From positions 930,001 through 994,000 of the forward strand of contig JAWMAR010000248.1 in assembly GCA_036785375.1 (NCBI GenBank): a stretch of 64,000 bases of DNA, in the 5' to 3' direction. How positions within the stretch are numbered: the stretch's first letter is position 1; each line of letters starts with the position of its first letter. Both the position numbers and the translations under genes were made by a program. The notes under the pieces were generated by a model. The model was given only the letters and a program-made list of their open reading frames with translations, did not search any database and had not been told where the DNA came from. This stretch comes from Leucoraja ocellata. Its lineage: Eukaryota. Positions 12,926 to 23,499 of the stretch are shown here, in pieces.

Positions 12926-13704
12926 TCCCAGGCTTTCCTCTGCTATTCCTCTGTCCTCCTTTTCCGTTACGTTTGTTCCTGAATCATCATTGAGAAGAAA
13001 GACCATCAATCTGAAACATTAACTGTCCCCACAAATGCTACCTGACCTACTAAGGATGCCCACAAGTTTCCATTAGCCTTGATCAGTCTTCCAGATTTTT
13101 GTTAGCTTTTTGGTCACTCTGCAATTCTTGTATTCACTAATCTTGTTTCCACTATTGGGTCTCTCACTCAGCCTCTTATTACCGAGTTCTTAGTCACCGT
13201 CTCCCTTTGTTTGGTTCTCCTTTCTCTCTGCTACACCTCTCCCTTCTCCTTGCCATCTGTCACATATTGCTAAACTACTGACAGCTCTTCATATCCATGT
13301 ACCTCTTTTTTTTTAATCCCTGGAGCAAGATCATTTTATTTGTCAATAATGGGAGAGCAGTAACTTCTGTTGGAATGTTCTTCTGTTGGAATGTTCCAAA
13401 ATGCTTAATAGTCATTGAAAATCTTTCACATCAGAACACAAGAAACATGAGCAGGAGAGGCCAAACAACCTCAAACTGCATTATCTTGTGTAAGATCACG
13501 GTTGATTCAATCTTGGCCTTTCTTGTGCTCTCCCTTTACCCCAAGACTCACACGGTTCAAACGTCTGTAAATCTCCACTTTGAATATATTCACAGATTCA
13601 CCCCCACAGGCAGAGAATGGCAAAGATTTACAACCCTTTGAGAGAAGAGATTCCTTCTCCTCTCCACCCTACATGTTTCAAAAAAGATCTCCTTTCATTA
13701 ATCC

Positions 13705-14650
13705 AAACATACAGGACAGAACATGGAACTGTATAGCACAGACACAGACCCTTCAGCTCACCAGGTCTATGCTAAACATGATGTGAATGGAAACTGCACA
13801 TCTGCCTGCATGTGGCCTATATCCTACCCTGTTCAGATGTTTTAATACTTATATGTTGCTTTCATCTTTTTCCACCTCTTCCCATGGCAGTGCAAGCCAG
13901 GCATCTATCACTCTGTAAAAAAACATGCCTTACATTTTTTTTTAAATCCCCTCTCACCTTAAAGCTAGCCCTCTCATATTTGACATTTTCACCTCTGGAA
14001 AAATTACTATCTACTCTCGTAATTTAATATACTTCTAATATACTTATATACTTCTCTCAGCCTCTGATGCTCGAGAGAAAACAATCCTAGCTTGTCCACC
14101 CTTTCCTTACAGATAGTACTTTGCTAATCCATGCATAATCCCAGTGAACCTCTCCTGAATCCTCTCCAATGCACCCATATCCTTCCTGTAATGTGGTGAT
14201 CTGAACTGCACACAATACTCCAAATGCAGTCTAATGAATACAGCTGCAACGTGATTTCCTTACATTAATACTCAACACCCTAACCAATGAAGGCAAATAT
14301 GCTGCATGGTTTGTTTACCACCCTATCTGCTTGTGTTGCCACTAAAAGGGAACAATGAATGTGCACCCTAACATCTCTCGGCACTGGTATGGATCCTGTC
14401 ATTCACTGTATATTTTCCTCTTACACATGAATTCTCAAGTGCAACATCTTACATTTGTCCAGTTTAAACTCCACTAGCTATTAGCTCCACTAGATCCACT
14501 AGATATATCATTTGACAACCTTCCTCACTATCCACAACTTCAATGTTTTATTACTCGAATACACATATGCAAACATACAAATCAGCCCATCTACATTTTC
14601 ATCCAAATTATTTATATCTAATCATAGAGGTCCCAGCACTGTTCCTCAGG
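13705..14650 (-). mobile_element. CR1 LINE 3' kilobase, decayed
   Basis: ggtgatctgaactgcacacaatactccaa = LEYCVQFRSP on minus; CR1 3' UTR at the left. Confidence 0.8.
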
Positions 14651-14789
14651 GTGGATCACTGGTGCTAATGAGTACAGGTCCAATCTGCTCCATCTTTCCG
14701 CATCTGTCAATGCTTAATCCAAGAATCATTCAAGCGAACCTTCACTGCACTGCCTCCAAGACAAATAAATCCTCCTTTAAAGGATTTCA

Positions 14790-14915
14790 AGATCTGAAGG
14801 GTTCCGATCTAAAGGCACTATATCCATATTCTCCAGCGATGCTGCCTGGCCCGCTGATTTATTTTATCATTTTGTGTCTTTAGTATAAACCAGCATCTGC
14901 AGTTCCTTTTTATTA
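14790..14915 (+). mobile_element. Penelope-like terminal repeat, decayed
   Basis: ctgaagggttccgatctaaagg...ctccagcgatgctgcctggcccgctga...accagcatctgcagttcc. Confidence 0.55.
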
Positions 14916-15439
14916 CATCATCTTTCCTTAAATGTGGAGATCAGAACTCTGTACTATGGGAGCAGTTTCACCAGCACCCTATCAAGCTGCATCAAAACCT
15001 GTTACTATTGGTTTACTCCAGAGCTCCCCCAAACCAATAAAGCCAAATATTCCATCATTATCCTTCCTAATTACTTCCATTATTCCATTAAAATATATTC
15101 AAATTACTCAAACACTTTTTTTTAAATCACAAAACAGTATAGTCTCACTTCTTTGTTTTGTCATTGCTTCATCTGCCAACATATTGCTTATTCTCTTAAC
15201 CAACGTAGGCTCTTTGTATCCTTCTCACAACTTGCTTACCCACTTATCAGCCAGCATGACCACAATATATGTAGCCCCTTCATCCAACTCATTTATATAG
15301 TTAATAAATGCCAACGCTCCACTACTAACTGTCGCACCCCACTAGTTAGTGATTGCCAATTGGAAAATGAGCCACTTATCCCAGCTATTTCCTATACCGC
15401 TTACAGCAGCACCGTGGCACAAGGGCAGTATAGTGTCCC

Positions 15440-15745
15440 AGTTGGTACAGTCATTGCCTCACAACACCAGGGACTCAGGTTAGATCCTGACCTTGGGTGC
15501 TGTGTCCATGTGGAGTTTGCTCGTTCTCCCTGTGACCACTTGGGTTCCTTCCAGGTGCTCATGTTTCCTTCCATATCCCAAAGACATGAGGTTTTGTAGA
15601 TCATTTACTGTCTGCAACTTGCCCCTAGTGTGTAGGGAGTGGATGAGAAAGTGGGATAACATAGAGCTGGGTGAATGGGTGATCAACGGTCGATGTGGAC
15701 TCGGTGGGCCAAAGGACCCGTTTCCATGCTGTTTCTTCAAACTAT
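15440..15745 (+). mobile_element. HE1-like V-SINE, near full length
   Basis: tRNA head ggttagatcctgacc, V-domain, tail ggactcggtgggccaaaggacccgtttccatgctg. Confidence 0.85.
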
Positions 15746-15899
15746 TTGTTTACTAATTACCATTATACATTTTTAATGGTGATTTATTAATCATCAATCC
15801 ATACAATCTCCGACTCCAGTGATTCTTAAGCTTCAAGTACAGTGCAAGACTGTGCAAATAAATAATTAAAACCATTAACTGTATAGAGTAGACAAACGT

Positions 15900-16030
15900 C
15901 AGTTTAACATCTCCAAAACAATGTGTCAGAGACACTGCTGCACTCCCATGGTACTGCTCTGAAGTGATCGCTTTGATTTGATGTTCCGCAGTGAGACAAT
16001 GAGTGGGACCTCTGTGCCAAAGCTGGCATT
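15900..16030 (-). mobile_element. DeuSINE core fragment
   Basis: tttaacatctc...gacactgctgcactcccatggtactgctctgaagtg. Confidence 0.55.
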
Positions 16031-17148
16031 ATCAGTTGCCAAATTAAGGAAAGAGTCCCATAGTTGTTGCAATATCCACAGAGTTCACTTTGTAAAATAT
16101 ATCCAAACACAGTCGAATAGAGGATAACAGTGTTACACCTGGATGTTGTCTATGCTGAAGTTTGCATCTTTTTATCCGGTCTGGGCAATGCAACAGACAT
16201 GGTCCTTTACCATCTCCCCGCCAATTACACGGATAATATTTGCCAGGTGCAGGGTTTCCATAAGGCTCTGCTGAGACGGAATTCCAAACATGATGCTTTG
16301 TTAGAATGAAGAATAAAGATAAATACTGTTTTCACATCTAGTGAAGTGCACCGATTTAATGATAGGTTTGAAGATATTCAAGTAGTTCTATCTTTTCAGT
16401 TCTTTGGCAGCATCCTTGCACCAATTATATCAAAGGAAAGTGAATATTCTGCTCCCCCTTCTGTTTTCTCTGCAGGGTAAGCAGCACAGCTCAGAGCAGA
16501 GCAGAGCTGTTGCTTGTTTGCTCAGTTCTCCTCGAGGAGGAGATGTGGGACTTGGAGGAAGCACAACTTGCTTTCACCACAATGCTCTTGGGATTAATGG
16601 TGCTAAATTAGTGGTACAAACCATAAACATATCACTTATATTCTCATGAGCATAGTGATCTGACTGTACTGAAATGCTAAAACACTATTTAGATTAAGAA
16701 CTACAGGGGAAACAAGCAAGGGAACATCATCTTAAAGCACAGTAACAACTTTTCGTTCTAGAGTAATAAGATCATGAGCTCTCTGCCCCACAACAAAAAA
16801 CTGGATGCAACACACAATTGGAGGTTTGAAGTTCAAAGTCATCAGTTTGGCACTAAAAAGGCATTATGTTGAAGGAAAATATCTTGATGTCCTGCCCAAT
16901 ACTCACCATCACATTGTTCAACCAAATATTGCTCAAAAATGGAGATGTACCACAATACTTTTTAATGATGCTTTACTGAATGCCAATTTTGAAATAATTA
17001 GATGGCTATAAATTGTTTTCCAGTGTCTTATCAATGACTGGCTGTCTGTCCTCCTGGCTCCCATTCAATACTCATCTCCACATACATCCTCCCACTTACA
17101 AAGATGCACCATTGTTGTCAAATACACCGTGGTCTGAATTGTTCTTAC

Positions 17149-17213
17149 CCCAGTAGAAGGAAATGCTGTCCAGCCCAGTTCAGCCGTGGCTATTCGAGTG
17201 TCCAACAGGGTCT
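17149..17213 (-). CDS. ephb1: Coding exon 2 of an EphB receptor tyrosine kinase (start of ligand-binding domain), most similar to EphB1
   Basis: Minus strand reads ttgtcttctttgtctttcag|AGACCCTGTTGGACACTCGAATAGCCACGGCTGAACTGGGCTGGACAGCATTTCCTTCTACTGGG|gtaaga = (E)TLLDTRIATAELGWTAFPSTG. This matches EphB1 ETLMDTRTATAELGWTANPASG. Length 65 bp, phase 1 to phase 0, as in EphB exon 2, with polypyrimidine tract, TTAAC branch-like motif and GTAAG donor. EphB class is secure; the paralog is less so. Confidence 0.88.
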
Positions 17214-17647
17214 CTGAAAGACAAAGAAGACAACTGGTTAACCATTGAATGTCAATCCAGTGAGGTTGCAGTTCTGTTGATGAAACGTACCCACGGCACC
17301 ACTTAGCTCGCTCTGATAAGCTGAGTTACCTGGAAGTCTTTGACAATCAGGGGGGGAACCAACACTCTACAATCTTCGATCGGCTTCAATCTGGATCACT
17401 AATCTGGGTTTTATTTTAGTGACAGATGCCAATTTTCACATTAAATGGCAAGGATTTGGACATCCAAGGTGAAATTGTGAATGGGGATTAAGTGATTAAC
17501 CATAGGTTGAGACCAGGGTGTGGCATCTTAGCCTGTTAAATTACCAAACTGATGATTTGGAAACAAAGTTCAATTCCCGCACAACAGGTGGCATTTTAAA
17601 TCTACTTATCAGGGATAATTGGGAACATGAAGGAATTTCATGAACTG

Positions 17648-17965
17648 GTTTAGTTTAGATTAGATGAGTTTAGAGCGGAAACAGGCCCTTCGGCCCACCG
17701 AGTCCACACTGACCTGCGATCCCTGCACATTAACACTACCCTACATGTACTAGGGATAATTTACATTTATGCCAAGCCAATTAACCTACAAACCTGTACG
17801 TTTCTGGAGTGTAGGAGGAAACCGAAGATCTCGGAGAAAACCCACACAGTCACGGGGAGAACATACAGATTCCATACAGACAGCCCCCGTAGCCGGGATA
17901 GAATCACGACCTGGTGCTGAAAGAGCTGTAAGACAGCAACTCTACCGCTGCGCCACCTTGCCGTG
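17648..17965 (-). mobile_element. HE1-like V-SINE, full length
   Basis: From gtttagtttag tail to cagcaactctaccgctgcgccaccttgcc (A-box head on minus). Confidence 0.92.
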
Positions 17966-18047
17966 GTTCACTAATGTTCTGACAGGAAAGACCATGTCTT
18001 TGTTCAGTTCTGACCTATATATACATGATTCTCCAACCACACACTAA

Positions 18048-18733
18048 AGGACCTGTCCCACTTACATGTCCTTGGCACGCAAATTACGTGACCTCGTCGT
18101 CGCATTCAGGCGCATGGGCATCGTGTGGCCGCACGGGGCCTGTCCCACTGAGAAGCGCGGAGGGGTATGGAGTTGTGCGTGGTATACCGTGGCGCTCCGG
18201 GATTTTGGACCGAACAAAATCTTTGCGCACCATTGGCCTGTTGCGTAACTGACGGCCAAAATGGGACAGGCTCAAGACCCTGGCACGACGCAACGTCTCA
18301 CCTCCAACAGCAGCAGAAGCAGGCAAACAATCGTCGAACTCGGCCTGGGGCTCTCGGCCGTTGCGGATCCAGTCCGCCCCCACTTCTACTCCCAGAGCGG
18401 GACCAAGAAAATTGAAGATAGACACAAAATGCAGGAGTAACTCAGTGGGACCGGTAGCATCTCTGAAGAGAAGGAATGGATGACGTTTTGGGTCAAGACC
18501 CTTCTTCCAGACTGAAGAAGGGTCTCGACCCGAAACATCACCCATTGCTTCTCTCCAGAGATGCTGCCGGTCCCACTGAGTTACTTCAGCATTTTGTGTC
18601 CATCATCAAATGACGTCATGCGCTCCAGACGGCTGTGCGGGCGCATGAAGACCTTCGCGGGACCGTCGCGCCTCAATGCGACGACGAGGTCGTGTAATTA
18701 GCGTGCCAAGGACACGCAAGTGGGACAAGGGCT
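18048..18733. mobile_element. PIF/Harbinger-like MITE with about 65-bp TIRs carrying a palindromic Penelope repeat
   Basis: Left AGGACCTGTCCCACTTACATGTCCTTGGCACGCAAATTACGTGACCTCGTCGTCGCATTCAGGCGC matches the reverse complement of the right end; flanks TAA and TTA. Confidence 0.8.
18421..18600. repeat. Head-to-head inverted Penelope terminal repeats (about 180-bp palindrome), hammerhead-like motif on each strand
   Basis: gacacaaaatgcaggagtaactcagtgggacc...cttcttccagactgaagaagggtctcgacccgaaacatc...ggtcccactgagttacttcagcattttgtgtc. Confidence 0.9.
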
Positions 18734-18917
18734 TTAGTGTTTGCCTTTCATTTCGTTTCGGGAATGACAGAGCAAAGCATCCTGACTGAGGGACAAATTT
18801 CAAATCTGTAAATACTTCCTGTGAATCAATTTGAAACTAAAAATTGCATTCAGAGTCCATATGAAACAACCTCCAAGCTGAGAGCCCGAGTCATGGGATG
18901 GAAGATAGATACAAATT

Positions 18918-19179
18918 GATTCAGATTCAGATTCAATTTTAATTGTCATTGTCAGTGTACAGTACAGAGACAACGAAATGCATTTAGCATCTCCCTTGAA
19001 GAGCGACATAGCTGAATAAAAAAATAATAAGTGTCCGGGGGGGGGGGGGGGGGGGGGGGTGGTGATTGGCAGTCACCGAGGTACGTTGTTTAGTAGAGTG
19101 ACAGCCGCCGGAAAGAAGCTGTTCCTCGACCTGCTGGTTCGGCAACGGAGAGACCTGTAGCGCCTCCCGGATGGTAGGG
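18918..19179 (-). mobile_element. Rex1/Babar LINE 3' end with (TGAATC)n tail
   Basis: LPSGRRYRSLRCRTSRSRNSFFPAAVTLLN C-terminus; gattcagattcagattc tail; internal poly-G. Confidence 0.85.
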
Positions 19180-19250
19180 GTTGCTGGGGTAACTCAGCGG
19201 GACAGGCAGCATCTCTGGAGAGAAGGAATGGGAGACCCTTCTTCAGACTG
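19180..19250 (-). mobile_element. Penelope-like terminal repeat, internally deleted, abutting Rex1
   Basis: gtaactcagcgggacaggcagcatctctggagagaaggaatggg|agacccttcttcagactg. Confidence 0.75.
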
Positions 19251-19857
19251 TGGAACCACACAAAGCAGTGATCCAAGTTGTGATCCAAGCTGTCAGCATC
19301 CTCAGCTCTCCAAACAGTTCCCAGGAGTGGTGCAATGACCCCGCCATTTCTCTGACAATGAGAATACAAGTAACACTGAAGACTAGCCCTGTGTTGTTCA
19401 TTGTCATCATATGGGAGGCTCTTAATGAATTAAAGGTACAAGGAAGACAAAAATCCTAGCAAAATGTCAGAACTCAAATTTCCCATAGGGTTCTAAGAAT
19501 CTAGATGATTTGAATCTAGAAGCTGGGCACATAAGGAACTAAAAAATCAGCTACACCTAAAAAAAACACCTTACTCCAGTCCTCGTGCACAAGGGTCGCC
19601 GACAGTGATTGCAGATATTCTGGGCAGTTTATCGTATGATCTCATCATAAATCATCCCGCTCCCAATGTTCAGAGCTCACTGGCTTCCCAAATCAATTGG
19701 AAAGCAAACTGACTTGCCATTGACCAACTAATTGATTTTGAATGCTAATCACAAAGCAATTTTGCTTTAACTTAACCATATGCATAACTAACAACATTCA
19801 AAGAAAATAAACCCACAGCATAAAATTATTTTTGAACTACTTTATTTTCCTACGCTG

Positions 19858-20528
19858 TCATAGAAACATAGAAAATAGGTGCAGGAGTAGGCCATTCGGC
19901 CCTTCGAGCCAGCACCGACATTCATTATGATCATGGCTGAAATCAGTACCCTGTTCCTGCTTTCTCCCCATATCCCTTGATTCTGTAGCCCAAAGAGCTA
20001 TATCTAACTCTCTCTTGAATACATCCAGTGGATTGGCCTCCACTGCCTTCTGTAGCAGAGAGTTCCACAGATTCACAACTCTCTGGGAGAAAATGTTTTT
20101 CCTCAACTCAGTCCTAAATGGCCTATCCCTTATTCTTAAACTATGACTCCTGGTTCTGGACCCCAACATCGGGAACATTTTTCCTGCATCTAGCCTTTCC
20201 AATCGCTTAAGAATTTTATATGTTTTTAAAGATTCCCTCGCAACCTTCTAAATTTTATTAAATTAAATATAAGCCTAGTCAATCCATTCTTTCATTATAT
20301 GTCAGTCCCGCCATCCCGGGGAATTAACCTGATGAACCTATGCTGCATTCCCTCAATAGCAAGAATGTCCTTCCTCAAATTAGGAGCCAAAACTGCACAC
20401 AATACTCCAGGTGTGGTCTCACCAGGGCCCTATACAACTGCTTGCTCCTATACGCAAATCCTCTCGCTATGAAAATACTGATGCCCTTCACTATTTATGT
20501 TTGACCATGTTGACTATTTTCAATGACT
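19858..20528 (-). mobile_element. CR1/HER1 LINE 3' end, (TTTCTATG)n tail
   Basis: ORF 19858-20202 RLDAGKMFP...SQRVVNLWNSL...FKRELD; LEYCVQF upstream. Confidence 0.92.
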
Positions 20529-21719
20529 GAGCAACAAGTCTGCTTTCAGACTAAGATGCAAAGACTGACAACATTTTGTGAAAATATGTTATCCTTGATC
20601 TCTGAGCCCAGCTTTTGACCTGTGATCATAGCTCGTAGTTCCCACCCTTTGAAATATCCTCCCAGCCTCTTCCCTGTCAAGTAACTTTCAAACTACTTAT
20701 TTCAGGGGATTCACTCCTCATTATTTTTCAGAATGCAGTTTAGTCTTCTGAAATTCTCCTCGCTGAACAATGCCCTTAACCCAGGGTTCAGGATATGAAC
20801 CTTTGTTGAACTCCTTATGAGACAAGTATGTTGTCATTATTTAATGGCACCAAAAATATAGAGAGTATTCCAGACACAGTCTTACCAGGGTCCAATTTAA
20901 CTACAGCAGGTCTTCCATGTTATTACCCTCTTTTATCACGGCTAAATATTGTTTAGCCCTAAATGCTTGCTCTCTTTCCCCAGACTTCACACAATATGCG
21001 CATTAGGACAGGTCCATGTGAATACCAACAATCCCCAGCCTGACAAAGGAAACAGCACCAGGCCTGTGAAGGTGAGCAAGCAGCCAGTTTGCTGAGCATT
21101 TGTTCCTGTCCCACCAGTTCAGCATGCAAATTACAAAGTGTATGCCAGAAGTATGTATCTTCTGATGTTGCTTTGTTCAATATTGCTTAATATTCCTTAA
21201 AGTAGTCCATGTTAATTTGGTTCAGAGGATGGATGAGCCGTGCCTTTCCACTGGCCCCTCGTTGTGCAACATGTAAAGGATCCCTGCTCTGTTGAGGAGC
21301 CAAGGTGAAGACAGCAATAGTCAGAGGAGTGGGCAATAGGAAGGGGCAGGACTTCAAACCTCATAGCCATTGGAGGTGGGCAGGGGGGGGTCCACTGGGA
21401 AAATCAGGTGGAAGGGTGTCAGATTAGAGTGGTGCATGGATGGATGTGTTCCAGGTGAGGATTGTAAGCTTTGTGGAGGACTATGTAGGGTGGAAAGCAA
21501 TAGGTACCTGCTCAACTAGGTTTGCCAGCACTAACCTGGGAAGCTCTGATAGTCCTGACCCTGTCTGCACTGGTCATACCATAGCCGTGTTCACTGATGA
21601 TGGGCACAGTCCACCGCTGCCAGGGAGATTACTGAGGGAGTGACAATGTAACGAATGTAAATGTTTATTGTTTAGTTTTACAGTCGTTTATAGTCACGTG
21701 TACCGAGATACAGTGATTG

Positions 21720-22135
21720 TGAGTGGGATATTTGTTATTCTGAATGTATTTGGAAGGGTGATGGGTTGTATATATGACTAAGAGATACTGTATAGTATAT
21801 GAGGGTTTTTTTTCTCTCTTTTTTTGCATGGCTTTGTAAATATTTGATTAGTGTATAAATGTAAATAATTTGGTGTACATATAGCTGCTGGTGTACATAT
21901 GGTGTACATATAGCTGCTAAATTTGCATAAGATAATTATAAGGAGTTGAATAAGGGGTGGGAATTAATAAGCCGGCTTCTTCCTGCTCCTTTTCGGACAC
22001 ATACAATTTAATTTATTTATAGATATTGTTTATTTCACTTTATAAATATTTTTGTTTTGTTTTTTGTATGCTGTTTCACTTGCTTTTTATTCTTTTATTC
22101 TGTTCGCAATAAAGAATTAAATAAATAAATAGATA
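21720..22135 (+). mobile_element. AT-rich LINE 3' UTR (clade uncertain)
   Basis: ggggtgggaattaataagccggcttcttcctgctccttttc stem-loop followed by aataaa and (TAAA)n tail. Confidence 0.45.
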
Positions 22136-22137
22136 AA

Positions 22138-22330
22138 CAGTGAAAAGCTGTTGTTGCATGCTCTCCAGTCAGCAGAAAGACAATACATGATTCCAATCGA
22201 GCCATTTACAGTGTATAGATTTAAGAGTGTAGAGTGATTGTAATATATGATTGCAGATCCGCTTTTGTGGGGAGCCAGCAAATAGTCGCCTGGGTTGGGC
22301 GCCATCTTGGAAGCATCTTTGAGGGTCAAC
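22138..22330 (-). mobile_element. Short non-autonomous element with a CAAGATGGCG 5' head and Rex1-type 3' tail
   Basis: Reverse complement ccaagatggcgcccaacccaggcgac... joined to aatcatgtattgtctttctgctgactgg...gcttttcactg. Confidence 0.5.
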
Positions 22331-23269
22331 CAAGTTCAGAGGCCTGAGCTCAAACACTTAGGTCACAGTCTATTCAGTACTAAAGGACTGCTGTATTGTC
22401 ACCCCGATGAAGTATTAAACTGTGCAAGATTACCAGCAGACACAAGGTGTTGCAGATGCTGGAATCTGGAGCAAAATAAAATTACTGACACTCTTCCAAA
22501 AACTAGCAATGGATGTATCTGGCACTCCAGCCAAAATTTGTGACTCAGCCATGGGAACAAATGAACTAGTCACACCCATAATTCAATTTGAGGCAATTCA
22601 GCCAAAATAACATGTAAAGAATGTTGCATAGAAAAGCAACAGAAGAGATTGTTCTGGCGTTTACTTCTGGCATATACCTTTGTCACTGTGTGCACCCTAC
22701 ATCATTGACTCTTGTTTTATCATTTTCAGGCCCTCCGAAGTGCACAACTGTGGCAGCTCCATCGCAAGTCTCAACAGGAGCCTTATGGGCAACACCTGTT
22801 CTCGGTTGCAGGCCTTCCTTACACACAAATACACGTTCATCCATGTACCTAGACGTGACACAATGGTTAATCAGAAGCATTTGCGTCATTAAACTGCTGT
22901 GATTAAAACCTATTTTCCAACTCCTAATTACTAACTCCGAAACTCAATCGGACTTTTTATTTGTGCATGTGCCAGTATAATGAGTGGCACTTCTGCTTAG
23001 CGGACTCCAGTGGGAGATTACAGAGATGATCCGGGTTCACATCAGCTGGTGTGCCAAACAGCTGTTAGCAAGAGAGGGCACCATCCCATATGTCTGAGAG
23101 GATTTGAACCCAAATCTCCAGACCCTGTGACGAAATGCAGCAATTTTGTTCCAGAATCATTTAAATGTGCCCAATGTTATTTTTTCTCTCATTTATTTTG
23201 TCTAAACTGCTTTTTTTGGGGTATTGTGGTTAATTTGTATTAATTATAGAGTTCAAATCTCAGGGTCAG

Positions 23270-23490
23270 CACTTAAGAGCAAGGAAACAGGCCCTTCAGC
23301 CCAATACATCCATGCACACAGCAGGCTTACCAAACGAGTACCAGTGGTCTACTGCAGGCCATATCCCTCCAAACCTTTCCTATCCATGTATCTAAGTGTC
23401 CTTTAAATGTTGTAACCATACCCACTTCTACCACTTCCTTTGGCTTCTCATTGCAGACACCCACCACCTTCTGTGTAAAAAATTGTTCAT
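23270..23490 (-). mobile_element. CR1 3' end
   Basis: gaaacaggcccttcagccc...cctatccatgta...accaccttctgtgtaaaaaa. Confidence 0.75.
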
Positions 23491-23499
23491 CCCCATCTG

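Larger units (their letters stand above)
1..17148 (-). other. Intron 2 of the EphB gene (partial)
   Basis: Downstream of the exon 2 donor. No ORF beginning WEEVSGYD (exon 3) is present, so the intron runs off the left edge. Confidence 0.75.

Noticed and set aside
16453-16482. Strong acceptor followed by donor (ttctgttttctctgcag G gtaagc), micro-exon or recursive-site-like
   Set aside because: On the plus strand, antisense to the only identified gene, with no partner exons.
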